The translations under genes and the position numbers were made by a program. This document shows positions 18,830-28,469 of a stretch of 64,000 bases of DNA, piece by piece; position 1 is the first letter of the stretch; each line of letters begins with the position of its first letter. Source of the DNA: Spirochaetia bacterium (GTDB taxonomy: Bacteria > Spirochaetota > Spirochaetia > SZUA-6 > Bin103). The notes below the pieces were generated by a model. That model made no database searches and was not told the DNA's origin. It saw only the letters and a program-made list of their open reading frames with translations. The stretch covers positions 1,504,001 through 1,568,000 of the forward strand of contig OZ241863.1 in assembly GCA_965203055.1 (NCBI GenBank). The letters run 5' to 3'.

Positions 18830-19600
18830 TCACTCGATCCCCATCGCCTGCAGGTTGCGGAAGCTGGCGGCCAACTCGGCGAACGGGTCGGCGCCGTAGG
18901 TCTGGTCCTGCTCCACCATCGCCCATTCCACCCCGGCGGCGCGGCACGCCGCCACGATGCGCGGCCAGTTGAGATTGCCGGCGCCGACCGGCGCGAAGCG
19001 CTGCGTGCGGTCGGGCAGCACCACCATGTCCTTGAAGTGCACGATCGGCTGGCGGTGGCCCAGGTCGGCGATCCATTGCGCCGGGTCGGCGCCGCCCGCC
19101 GTCAGCCAGTACAGATCCAGCTCCGCCTTGAGCCGCTCCGGCGGGGCCGCCGCGTATACCTGATGCAGCCAGGTAGTGTCCCCGTAGCGCACCAGCTCAT
19201 GACTGTGGTTGTGATAGGAAAAGTCGATGCCGGCGCCGGCGAGCCGCTCGGCGATGGGCGCCAGCTCGGCCGCGAAGCGCGCCGCGCCGCCGGGCGCGTA
19301 GTACTCCTTCGGCAAGCTGCCGATGGCCGCGTGGCGGCAGCCCCACAACCGGTGCACCGCGATCAGCTCGGCCAGCTCGGTCCGGAACTGGTGCCACGCG
19401 AAATGGGTGGCCGCGATCCGCAGCCCGTGGGCGCGGGCCAGCCGCGCCACCTCGTCGGGAGCGATGGGGCCGAACGCCGATACCTGCACCGCCCGGTAGC
19501 CGATGGCTCGTACCCGGCGGAAGGTCTCGGCGACCCCTGCCGGCGTCTGCGTGTGTTCGCGCACCGTGTAGAGCTGCGCGCCTGCGCCCGGTTCACTCAT
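18830..19600 (-). CDS. Sugar phosphate isomerase/epimerase (xylose-isomerase-like TIM barrel)
   Basis: AQLYTVRE, YHNHSHE, ELDLYW, VHFKD, VEQD. Confidence 0.88.
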   Translation of the reverse strand: MSEPGAGAQLYTVREHTQTPAGVAETFRRVRAIGYRAVQVSAFGPIAPDEVARLARAHGLRIAATHFAWHQFRTELAELIAVHRLWGCRHAAIGSLPKEYYAPGGAARFAAELAPIAERLAGAGIDFSYHNHSHELVRYGDTTWLHQVYAAAPPERLKAELDLYWLTAGGADPAQWIADLGHRQPIVHFKDMVVLPDRTQRFAPVGAGNLNWPRIVAACRAAGVEWAMVEQDQTYGADPFAELAASFRNLQAMGIE

Positions 19601-19610
19601 GGTTCCGATC

Positions 19611-20465
19611 TTACCGCAAACTGCCCGCTACCGCAGCCGCGGCCGGGTGACCGATCCGAAAGTCGTTCTTGCCGGTGCGGTCCACGCCGCGCACCAGCCA
19701 GATGGGACGCTGCGAGAAGTCCACCAGGTAGGTGGAGGTGGAGGCTCCCGGCTGCAGCAGAGCGCGGTCGAAGTGGGAGGTAGCCGGCATGTAGCGCAGC
19801 GCCAGCCCGGCGCGCCGGCGGGGCGAGGAGTTGGCGCGGGAGCCGTGGATCAGGTACACGTCGTGGAGCGACATCCGCCCGGGCTGCAATTCCACGTCTC
19901 GGGCCGCGGCCGGGTCGAAGGCGCCGGCGTCCAGCTCCTGGTCGAGCACCACGTCGCGGCGCGCGCTGCGGTGGTGGCGGCGCAGCCGGTGGTGGAGATG
20001 GGAGCCGGGAATGACCCGCAGGCAGCCGTTTTCGGTGGTGCTGGCGTCGATGGCGATCCACACCGTGCAGGTGGCCAGCGGCCGAATCGGCCAGTACTGG
20101 CCGTCCTGGTGCCACGGCACTTCCAGTCCGTCGCCGCCCGGCTTGCAGAACACTTGGCAGCCCCAGAGGATGAGGTCGGGGCCGATGAGCTGCTGCACCG
20201 CGTCCAGCACCGCGGGGTGGCGCGCGATCTCAAGCAACACGCGGCTTCCTTTGACGCCCTCGGCGCTGTGTTCGAGGTGGGCGCTGACCAGCTTCTCGGG
20301 CCGCACCTCGGGGTTGTCGGCGAGCAGTCGCTCCAGTGCCGCCCGCAACCGCGCGAGCTGCTCGGCCGGGAGCGCGCGGCGCGGCACCACGATGCCGTCG
20401 CGGCGGTACGCCGCGACTTCGGCGCTGCTCAACGGCCCGGCGGGAACGCTCGTTTCATCGTTCAT
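19611..20465 (-). CDS. Phytanoyl-CoA dioxygenase (PhyH) family Fe(II)/2OG oxygenase
   Basis: PWHQD, WIAID, ENGCLRVIPGSH, HGSRAN.S..RR. Confidence 0.9.
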   Translation of the reverse strand: MNDETSVPAGPLSSAEVAAYRRDGIVVPRRALPAEQLARLRAALERLLADNPEVRPEKLVSAHLEHSAEGVKGSRVLLEIARHPAVLDAVQQLIGPDLILWGCQVFCKPGGDGLEVPWHQDGQYWPIRPLATCTVWIAIDASTTENGCLRVIPGSHLHHRLRRHHRSARRDVVLDQELDAGAFDPAAARDVELQPGRMSLHDVYLIHGSRANSSPRRRAGLALRYMPATSHFDRALLQPGASTSTYLVDFSQRPIWLVRGVDRTGKNDFRIGHPAAAAVAGSLR

Positions 20466-20474
20466 GGCGCGGTC

Positions 20475-20529
20475 ATGGTAGCACGACCGCGCGCGCGTCG
20501 TTGACCGCCGCCGGCCGCCGTGCTAGCGT
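20475..20529. promoter_or_regulatory. Divergent extended -10 promoters
   Basis: CGTGCTACCAT on minus (20475-20485) and CGTGCTAGCGT on plus (20519-20529, with TTGACC 17 nt upstream of TAGCGT). Confidence 0.55.
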
Positions 20530-20540
20530 CCCGGCGGAGC

Positions 20541-21503
20541 ATGGCTGAGCAATCGTCACCGGCCGCGCGGCCGGCAGCCGGACCTGCGCCACTACGGCAC
20601 GGGCGCCGGCTGCGCTACGCGCGGGAAAACTGGGTGCTCTATCTGTTCGTGCTGCCGGCCCTGGTCTACTTCCTGGTGTTCCACTACTGGCCGATGTACG
20701 GAGCCACCATCGCGTTCAAGCACTTCGTAGCGGTCAAGGGCATCCTGGGCAGCCCCTGGGCCGGGTTCGCGCACTTCGAACGGTTCTTCAACTCCCACTT
20801 CTTCGAGCTGCTGATCCGCAACACCATCCTGATCAGCGTGTACGTGCTGGTGGCGGCGTTTCCGGTGCCGATCGTGTTCGCGCTGATGGTCAATCAGGTC
20901 GACTACGCGCCGCTGCGCAAGACCCTGCAGACCGCCTCCTACATTCCGCACTTCATCTCGATGGTGGTGTTCATCGGCATGATCTTCCTGTTCCTGTCGC
21001 CCACCGTCGGCGTGGTCAACCGCTTCATCGTGTTCCTCGGCGGCGAGGCGACCGACTTCATGGGCAGCTCCGCCTGGTTCCGGCACGTCTACGTGGCCAC
21101 CGAGATCTGGAAGGAAACCGGCTTCGCCGCGATCATCTACCTGGCGGTGCTCAGCACCATCAACCCGGAGCTGCACGAAGCCGCGGTCGTCGACGGCGCC
21201 ACCAAGCTGCAGCGCATCATCCACATCGACGTCCCCGGCATCGTGCCCACCGCCATCGTGCTGTTGATCTTGCGGGTCGGGCGGCTGATGGACATCGGCT
21301 TCCAGAAGGCGTTCCTGATGCAGACCCAGCTCAACGTGGACGCCTCGGAAATCATCCCGACCTACGTCTACAAGCAGGGCCTGATCGGGGCGCAGTTCAG
21401 CTTCTCGGCGGCGGTGGGCCTGTTCAACTCGGTGATCAACCTGGCGCTGATTCTGCTCGTCAACCAGCTCGCCAAGCGGGTGACCGGCAACAGCCTGTGG
21501 TAG
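20541..21503 (+). CDS. Carbohydrate ABC transporter permease (LplB-like)
   Basis: Y.PMYG..IAFK, SPWAGF.HF, PHFISMVV, LHEAAVVDGA EAA loop. Confidence 0.92.
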   Translation: MAEQSSPAARPAAGPAPLRHGRRLRYARENWVLYLFVLPALVYFLVFHYWPMYGATIAFKHFVAVKGILGSPWAGFAHFERFFNSHFFELLIRNTILISVYVLVAAFPVPIVFALMVNQVDYAPLRKTLQTASYIPHFISMVVFIGMIFLFLSPTVGVVNRFIVFLGGEATDFMGSSAWFRHVYVATEIWKETGFAAIIYLAVLSTINPELHEAAVVDGATKLQRIIHIDVPGIVPTAIVLLILRVGRLMDIGFQKAFLMQTQLNVDASEIIPTYVYKQGLIGAQFSFSAAVGLFNSVINLALILLVNQLAKRVTGNSLW

Positions 21504-21522
21504 GCGGAAGGGTGGGGCAACG

Positions 21523-22491
21523 ATGGCCGACCGCGAGTTGAGCGCCGGCGGCGCCGGCCAAGCGCTCGACCGGGTTCTGGAGCGCGCCCCGCGGCGCCGC
21601 GGCCGGCTGCGGCCGAGCGCCCCCGACCGGGTGTTCGACGCCGTCAACCTGACCATCCTGGCGCTGGTGCTGGCCGCGCTGGTGTACCCGCTCTACTTCG
21701 TGGTGATCTCGTCGATCAGCGAACCGAGCCTGGTAAGCACCGGCAAGGTGACCTGGTACCCGCGCGAGCTGACCCTGCAGGGCTACACCCGGGTGCTGCG
21801 CGATCCGAACATCCTCATCGGCTACCGCAACACCTTCCTCTACACCGGGGTCGGCACGGCGCTCAACGTCGCCCTGACCGTGCTCGCCGGCTACGCCCTG
21901 TCGCGGCGCGACTTCAAGGGCCGCAATCTGATCACCGGGTTCATCGTGTTCACCATGCTGTTCAACGGCGGCCTGATTCCGCTCTACCTGGTGGTGCGCA
22001 ACCTCGGGCTGCTCGACACCATCGGCGCCATGGTGCTGCCCACCGCGGTCAACGTGGTCAACCTGATCATCGCGCGCACCTTCTTCGCCACCACGATTCC
22101 CGACGAACTGTTGGAGGCGGCGCGCGTGGACGGCTGCGGCACCGCCCGCTTCTTCTTTCAGATCGTGCTGCCGATCTCGCCGGCGATCATCGCCGTGGAG
22201 GTGCTGTTCTACGGCGTGTTCCACTGGAACGCCTTCTTCGAGGCGCTGATCTTCCTCAACGATCCCGACAAGTACCCGCTGCAGATGGTGCTGCGCGACA
22301 TCCTGCTGCGCGCCCGTCTGTCGCAGATGATGTTCACCGGCGACCCGCGCGAGTTGGCGGAGATCCAGATGCTGGCCGAGCTGATCAAGTTTTCCGCCAT
22401 CGTGGTCGCCTCGGCGCCGATCCTGCTGCTGTATCCGTTCCTGCAGCGCTACTTCATGACCGGGGTGATGATCGGTTCGCTGAAGGGGTAG
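21523..22491 (+). CDS. Carbohydrate ABC transporter permease (LplC-like)
   Basis: MLFNGGLIPLY, LLEAARVDG, YPFLQRYF..GVMIGSLKG. Confidence 0.92.
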   Translation: MADRELSAGGAGQALDRVLERAPRRRGRLRPSAPDRVFDAVNLTILALVLAALVYPLYFVVISSISEPSLVSTGKVTWYPRELTLQGYTRVLRDPNILIGYRNTFLYTGVGTALNVALTVLAGYALSRRDFKGRNLITGFIVFTMLFNGGLIPLYLVVRNLGLLDTIGAMVLPTAVNVVNLIIARTFFATTIPDELLEAARVDGCGTARFFFQIVLPISPAIIAVEVLFYGVFHWNAFFEALIFLNDPDKYPLQMVLRDILLRARLSQMMFTGDPRELAEIQMLAELIKFSAIVVASAPILLLYPFLQRYFMTGVMIGSLKG

Positions 22492-22559
22492 CGCCGGCGG
22501 GCCGCCGGCCAGCGGCGTTGCTTGCGGCGGCGCGGCGGCGGGTGTACGGTCAGACCGAT

Positions 22560-24224
22560 ATGCCTACGTTACTACGAGTGTTCGCACTGTCCGCCGGCCT
22601 GCTGCTGGCGCTGAGCGCCGCGGCGTTCGCCGCGGGAGAGGAGGAGGGCGCCGCGCCGGCCGCCGGCTTCAACGCCGCCGGCTACCCGATCGTCGACGAA
22701 CCGGTAACCATCAGCGTGGTGTGGCAGAAGTGGCCCAGCCACGTGAAGGATCCCTCCGAGATGATCGTGCCGGGGCTGGCGCGCGAGACCACCGGGGTCA
22801 ACGTCGACTGGATCGCGGTGAACGGCGATGCATGGGTGGAGCGCACCAACCTGATGCTGGCGGCGGGCGACCTGCCCGACACCTTCGGGGCGCCGTTGAG
22901 CGACTTCAACGTGGTCAGCAACGGCGAGGCGGGCGCGTTCCGGCCGATGAACGACCTGCTCGACCGGTTCGCTCCCAACGTGAACGCGATATTCGACAAG
23001 AAGCCCACGCTGCGCCCGTTCATCACCGCGTCCGACGGCAACATCTACTCGCTGTTTCGGCTCAACGAGGGAAGCTGGACCACCACCTGTCCGCTGACCT
23101 ACCTGAACAAGCCGTGGCTGGATGCGCTCGGCGCCGAGGTGCCGACCACCACCGAGGAGTATTACGAGCTGCTGCTGGCGGTGAAGAACGCCGGCGACCT
23201 GAACGGCAACGGCGAGGCGGACGAGGTACCGCTGTCGTTCCGCTTCGGCACCTGCCATCAGGGCATGAGCACCTTCTTGTGGGCGCACGGCCTGCCGGTG
23301 GAGGAAGGCCACGGCGACAACCGCGACCTGATGATGGTGCGGGACGGCAAGGCGGTCTACGCGCCCACGCAGGAGGGCTTCCGGGATACCGCCAAGTACC
23401 TGCACCGGCTGTGGGAGGCGGGTCTGATCGACCCCGAGTCGTTCTCCCAGGATGCCGGCCAATACTACTCCAAGCTGAAGCAGGACCAGTTGTTCAGCTT
23501 CAACTCCTGGTGGGCGCAGAACGTCGTGGACACCACCCGCTGGCTGGACTGGGAGTATCTGCCGGCGCTCAAGGCCCCCGGCTACGAGCCGCAGGCCAAC
23601 TACCGCTTCGACTGGACGCGCGGACTGGCGCCGATCACCGCCGCCGCCGAGCACCCCGAGGTGGTGATGCGCTGGATCGACTACTGGTACGAGCCGCTCA
23701 ACAGCTTGACCACCATGGAGGGGCCGCTCGGCGTGCGGGTGATCGAGAACGACGACGGCACCTACGGCGTGGCGCCGACCCCGGAGGGCCTCGGGCTCTC
23801 GGAGTGGCGCGATCTGGAGACCATCGGACCGGGGTTCATCACCTCGATCGACATCGACATGTACCTGAACATGTTCATCTTCGAGGGCGCGGAGATGTGC
23901 GGCACGGTCAAGTACGACACCTATTCCGCGCAGTGGCCGGAGATGTACTGGCCGCGCCCGATGTTGCCATCGGCGCAGATCAACGAGGAGCAGGCGATTC
24001 TGCCTGACATTCAAGCCCTGGTGAAGAAGACCCTCGCCCGGTGGATCACCGAGGGCGGCGCCGACGAGGAGTGGGATCAGTTCCAGGAGGACATGAACTC
24101 GATCGGCCTGCCGCGGCTGCTGGAGATCTGGCAGGAGAACCTGGACAAGTTCCTGGACGGCACCGGCGGCGTCACGCCGCGCCCCTACGACAGGGGCACC
24201 GGCCACCCGGTGCGCCCGCTGTAA
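22560..24224 (+). CDS. Carbohydrate ABC transporter substrate-binding protein
   Basis: Signal peptide, GYPIVDEPVT, LAAGDLPD, DGNIYSL, DLNGNGEADE; follows two permeases. Confidence 0.9.
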   Translation: MPTLLRVFALSAGLLLALSAAAFAAGEEEGAAPAAGFNAAGYPIVDEPVTISVVWQKWPSHVKDPSEMIVPGLARETTGVNVDWIAVNGDAWVERTNLMLAAGDLPDTFGAPLSDFNVVSNGEAGAFRPMNDLLDRFAPNVNAIFDKKPTLRPFITASDGNIYSLFRLNEGSWTTTCPLTYLNKPWLDALGAEVPTTTEEYYELLLAVKNAGDLNGNGEADEVPLSFRFGTCHQGMSTFLWAHGLPVEEGHGDNRDLMMVRDGKAVYAPTQEGFRDTAKYLHRLWEAGLIDPESFSQDAGQYYSKLKQDQLFSFNSWWAQNVVDTTRWLDWEYLPALKAPGYEPQANYRFDWTRGLAPITAAAEHPEVVMRWIDYWYEPLNSLTTMEGPLGVRVIENDDGTYGVAPTPEGLGLSEWRDLETIGPGFITSIDIDMYLNMFIFEGAEMCGTVKYDTYSAQWPEMYWPRPMLPSAQINEEQAILPDIQALVKKTLARWITEGGADEEWDQFQEDMNSIGLPRLLEIWQENLDKFLDGTGGVTPRPYDRGTGHPVRPL

Positions 24225-24292
24225 GGGCGCGCCCGCACGGCAGGCGGCGGCGAGCGCGCCGCTGCCTGCCCTTTGGCCGGCGGTCGCTCCCG

Positions 24293-25243
24293 CTACGGCG
24301 CCGCGGAGACCAGGGCGATGCCGGCCACGATCACGACCGCCGCGCCGAGGCGCAGCACTGGCGCCCGCTCCCGCATCAGCGCCGCGCCGGCGGCCACGCC
24401 CAGCACGATGCTGAACTGCCGCAGGGCCGCCACGTAACTGGCGCGCTCGGCGAGCTGATAGGCCCACAGTACCAGCGTATAGGCGCCGCACATGCAGGCG
24501 CCGCCCGCCGCGGTACGCCAGTCGCCGGCCAGGGTCCGCCATGAAAGCCGGGCCGCCGCGGCGGTCGCCGGCCCCGTCCGCCGGCGGGCGCTGGCCCGCA
24601 TCGCCGCGGCCAGCAGCGCCGCGTACAGGACGGTCGAGATGACGAACTCCCAGAGTCCGTACCGGAACGCGTCCGGCAGCCCGCCGCCCGACTGGCGGCG
24701 CAGGACCTCGGCCGCCAGCTTGTCGAACGCGGTGTAGCCGACGGTGCCGGCGGCTGCGACCGCCGCCCAGCCGAGCGTCGGCCGCAGCCGGCGCTCGCGC
24801 CGGCCGCGCACCGCCGCGCCCCGGTCGTCACCGGCCGCCCCGGAGATGACGATGCAGCCGGCCGCCACCAGGGCAAGGCCCAGCCACCCGGTCGCGCTCG
24901 GCGACAGGTTCCGCGCCAGATCGAAGCCTCCCAGAACCAGGACCGGCAACGCCCGCGTCACCGGATACACGATGCCCAGGTCGCCGGCGCGGTACCCCAG
25001 GGTGAGCCCCAGGAAGTAGACCGCCTGCGCGCAACCGGCGCCCAGCAGGAACGGCCAGACGTGGCGCAGGAGGCCGCCGGCGAGCAGCTCGGCCGCCAGC
25101 GCGATCAGGAGACCGGGCACGCTGATCGCCGCCAGGATCTGCAGCAGCGCCGTCCACGAGTCGCTGCGCCGCTTGGCGATCAGGTTCCAGCCGGCATGCA
25201 GGATCGTCGAGAACAGGACGACGCCGACGGCGAACGGAGGCAA
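24293..25243 (-). CDS. DMT/EamA-family transporter
   Basis: HAGWNLIAK, YRAGDLGIVYPVTR, YVAALRQFSIV; many TM segments. Confidence 0.85.
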   Translation of the reverse strand: MPPFAVGVVLFSTILHAGWNLIAKRRSDSWTALLQILAAISVPGLLIALAAELLAGGLLRHVWPFLLGAGCAQAVYFLGLTLGYRAGDLGIVYPVTRALPVLVLGGFDLARNLSPSATGWLGLALVAAGCIVISGAAGDDRGAAVRGRRERRLRPTLGWAAVAAAGTVGYTAFDKLAAEVLRRQSGGGLPDAFRYGLWEFVISTVLYAALLAAAMRASARRRTGPATAAAARLSWRTLAGDWRTAAGGACMCGAYTLVLWAYQLAERASYVAALRQFSIVLGVAAGAALMRERAPVLRLGAAVVIVAGIALVSAAP

Positions 25244-25265
25244 CGCCAGCTCCTGGGCGGCTAGT

Positions 25266-26519
25266 TCATGGGCGCGTCAGGAGCGCCGCCTGCTCGCCGC
25301 TGCGAGGGGTTGCGCGCGCCCGCACCGTGCAGTGGACCCAGTGCGGGTCGACGCGGAACTCGGGATCGGGCTGGCCGGCGGCGCGCAACTCGCGGCGCGC
25401 CGCCGGAATCCCGAACCCGTAGCGCTGCACCAGGCCGAGCACTCGCATTGCTTCCGCCAGCGCCGGGTTGCGGTAGTCGATCACGCCCGGATGGCCGAAG
25501 TTCTCCGGGGTCAGGGCGCCGTACGGCCCGCCGGGGCTGTTGATCTCGATCCGGTCGTCGAACCAGTAGACGTGCACCGGCGCGTTGGTGCCGTCGTAGG
25601 CGCGGTGCATCACGGCGTTGCGCACGAGCTGCTGCAGCGCGCCGAGCGGATAGGTCGAGCGGCGGACCTCGGTCGGCGCCGAGATGAAGTCGACCGCGGT
25701 GCGGTTGTGAGCGATCAGCTTGTCGTCCACCCGCCGCATCAGATCCGCTACCGACCCCTCGCAGCGCGCCTCGTCCACCACCTCGTCGCCCCATTCGCGC
25801 CCGGCGACGCGCAGAAACTGCACGTACGCGCCCGGCAGGAAGTGCTGTGGCCGCCGGCCCAGCACGAGGAGCCCGGCCACGGTCGGCACCGGGTCATCGA
25901 CCGCAGCGATCATCTTGGCCGCGGCGAGGCGCTCCTCGGCGGTGCGGTCGTTCGCCGCCAGCGTTTCGGGATCCACCGCCGCCGGCAGGTACTCGTCCAT
26001 GAAGCGCCCCACCCGCAGCTCGCCAAGCCCCGCCGCCCGCACCGGAGACACGTCGTAGTGCGGATCGCGGTGCCGGCGCTTCTCGTTCAGGAGCCGTTCG
26101 TCCTGCGCACTCGCCACCGCGCGCCGCGGTCCCACGCGAATCCAGGTGCGCCCGCGAAAGCGCACCGGAGGGGAGTGCGCGGGCAGGACCGTGACCACCG
26201 CGACCGCACTCCCGCCCAGCACCCGCTTGGCGACCGTGAGCGACGGCGGCGGCACGATGTTGCCGTCGGTCTTGATGTCGGCAAGGCGCAGCAGGAGGCG
26301 GTCGGAAATCTCCAATCCCACGGGATTGCCGGCATCGTCCGCGCCCACGAAGACCACGCCCGGCCGGCCGTGGTCCGGGAGGTCATTGGCGAACGCGCAG
26401 ACCGCTTCCCGGACTCGCGTCGGGCCGTCTCCGCGCAGAGACTCCTTGCGCTCCACCAGATCCGACTCCGGATCGCTCAGCATCGCTTCCAACTCGCGGT
26501 CGGAGTAGGGGGCGCTCAT
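25266..26519 (-). CDS. AlbA_2 (Schlafen-like) + HATPase_c_4 domain protein
   Basis: ESDLVERKES, CAFAND, VFVGADD; NAVMHRAY, DRIEINSPGG, YRNP.LA, QRYGFG. Confidence 0.85.
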   Translation of the reverse strand: MSAPYSDRELEAMLSDPESDLVERKESLRGDGPTRVREAVCAFANDLPDHGRPGVVFVGADDAGNPVGLEISDRLLLRLADIKTDGNIVPPPSLTVAKRVLGGSAVAVVTVLPAHSPPVRFRGRTWIRVGPRRAVASAQDERLLNEKRRHRDPHYDVSPVRAAGLGELRVGRFMDEYLPAAVDPETLAANDRTAEERLAAAKMIAAVDDPVPTVAGLLVLGRRPQHFLPGAYVQFLRVAGREWGDEVVDEARCEGSVADLMRRVDDKLIAHNRTAVDFISAPTEVRRSTYPLGALQQLVRNAVMHRAYDGTNAPVHVYWFDDRIEINSPGGPYGALTPENFGHPGVIDYRNPALAEAMRVLGLVQRYGFGIPAARRELRAAGQPDPEFRVDPHWVHCTVRARATPRSGEQAALLTRP

Positions 26520-26540
26520 CTGCCGGCTCGGGGCGCGGGT

Positions 26541-28340
26541 TTACCGCAGGTCCATGCGCACCGAGGTCAGGGCGCCGAACGGGTCGCCGGCCAGCAGCCG
26601 GCGGCGGGCGTCCCGGTCGCCCTTGAGGTACCAGTCGAACCACGCCCGCGCGTACCAGTCGCGGATCACGTGCGGCAGGTACACCTCCTCGCCCGTCGCG
26701 ACGGCGGCCCAGCCGAGCTCGGCGTAGCTCTCGCCGGGCGCCCCCGGCGGTCCGAACGCGGCGGCGCCGGTCGGCTTGCGCGAGCGCTCGGGCGACATCG
26801 CGAACGGCAGGTTGCCGCGCCGGAACTCCGGCCAGGGGAACTGCCGCGCGAACTCCTCGGCCAGGGTGACGTGGTTGGTGTCGCGCACGATCACCAGGCC
26901 GCGGTCGCCGGCGGCGCGCAGCCAGCCGCTCAGCGCCACCGGCTGCGGATTGTCGATCCGCTCCGGCGCGGCGCGCTCCGCGGCCAGCGGAAAGGCGGCG
27001 GCCGGGTCGCCGCCGGCGGCGGCTACCGTGGACTGAAACAGGCCGACGAACACGCCCTGCACGAACGCGTCCTCGTCGCCGATCAGCTGCAGCACCGGCT
27101 GGCGGCTGCCCACCGGCAGACCGTCCCGCTCGCCGGCGCCGAACATCTCTTCCGGCGTCCAGGTGAACGGCGGCGCATTGTTGAGCCCGAACGCGGCGCT
27201 GACGCCGGGCACGTGGTTGGCCGCCAGTTGCGCGGTCATGGAACCGAGGGAATGGCCGGCGACGCCGACCTTGCCGCCGTCGATCCGCCCCGCCAGCAGG
27301 CCGCACAGCTCGCGCGCCGCGGCGGTCGCTCCGAGCGACGCGAGGGAGGTCCGGCAGGTCGCGGTTTCCGCCCCCAGCAGGCGCAGCGTGCGGATCAGCA
27401 GCGCCACGTCCGCGACGCGCTGGCGGAACAGGTTCTGCATCATGGTGGTCGCGCGTTCCACCCCGCCCGGCACCAGTCCGGCGGCGGCCGGGTCGAAGTC
27501 CTCCGGCGGGCCGAAGCCCGGGTCTTCTTCCATGCCGAACAGGAGCCGATAGAAGTAGGGCACGACCTTGAACTCGCCGAAGATCGTCTGATAGGCGCGC
27601 TGCACCTCCGCCGCCGTCTTGGCCGCGGCGAACGGCGAATCGGGGTCGTGGAACACCAGCGGCAGGCCGCCGTCGGAAATGAAGGTCGGCGCCGCCACCA
27701 CGTAGCCGTGGGAGGCGAGGAACTCGCCCAGGGTGCTCCACATGGAGTGGGAGCCGGCGAGGCCGTGGGCCAGCACGATCAGCGGAAACCGGCCCTCGGC
27801 CGGCGCGGCGTCGAGCCAGGCGCCGCGCGGCGCGGTGACGTAGCGCCGGCCCAGCTCGGCGAACACCCGCTCCTGAGTTGCGCCGTCGGCGTCGGCCAGG
27901 GTGCCGCCCGGCACGTGCAGCAGGTTCGGATCCACCGGCAGGCCGGCGCTCAGCGCCTGGCCTACCGCCTGGTCGCCGAAGAAGAAATCCAGAAAGGTCG
28001 CGCGCCGGCCGCCGGCGGCCGGCAGCGGCGAGCGCGGCCCGGCGATGCGTTCGGCCGAGGCGGCGGCCGCGGCCGGATACCACAGGTGGAACACGACGGT
28101 GCGCCGCTGTCCGGTCGCTTCGATCGCGCGCACCAGCTCGCGATACCGGGGACTGGCGTAGGCGGCGGTCCACGGGTCGAAGCGTTGCTGGTCGTCGACC
28201 GCGAATCCCAGCGCGGAGCCGACCGCATAGTCGCCGTAGACGGCGCTTGGCGGCAGCTCCTGCAGCTGCGCGGCGACCGGGACAGTAAAGCAGGCCCCCA
28301 CGAGAATGACGGAGGCAAGGGTACGAATCGACAGAGTCAT
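26541..28340 (-). CDS. Secreted alpha/beta hydrolase (PAF-acetylhydrolase-like)
   Basis: Signal peptide, LWYPA, PLIVLAHG, LASHGYVVAA, GHSLG nucleophile elbow. Confidence 0.8.
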   Translation of the reverse strand: MTLSIRTLASVILVGACFTVPVAAQLQELPPSAVYGDYAVGSALGFAVDDQQRFDPWTAAYASPRYRELVRAIEATGQRRTVVFHLWYPAAAAASAERIAGPRSPLPAAGGRRATFLDFFFGDQAVGQALSAGLPVDPNLLHVPGGTLADADGATQERVFAELGRRYVTAPRGAWLDAAPAEGRFPLIVLAHGLAGSHSMWSTLGEFLASHGYVVAAPTFISDGGLPLVFHDPDSPFAAAKTAAEVQRAYQTIFGEFKVVPYFYRLLFGMEEDPGFGPPEDFDPAAAGLVPGGVERATTMMQNLFRQRVADVALLIRTLRLLGAETATCRTSLASLGATAAARELCGLLAGRIDGGKVGVAGHSLGSMTAQLAANHVPGVSAAFGLNNAPPFTWTPEEMFGAGERDGLPVGSRQPVLQLIGDEDAFVQGVFVGLFQSTVAAAGGDPAAAFPLAAERAAPERIDNPQPVALSGWLRAAGDRGLVIVRDTNHVTLAEEFARQFPWPEFRRGNLPFAMSPERSRKPTGAAAFGPPGAPGESYAELGWAAVATGEEVYLPHVIRDWYARAWFDWYLKGDRDARRRLLAGDPFGALTSVRMDLR

Positions 28341-28469
28341 CGATCAACTCTGTGCACCATCTCCGCCGCCCTGTCAACGCGCCTCCGCGAGGCGAGGCCT
28401 GCACACACAACAGCAGGGTGGATTGGTCTTGGGAGCGCGTGCTACCCTGCCGCTGCCAGGAGGGGACCT

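Noticed and set aside
25173..28469. 1527-aa ORF as a giant protein
   Set aside because: The first ~1100 codons are the antisense shadow of two real minus-strand genes; the RBS, GTG and lipobox start at 28470
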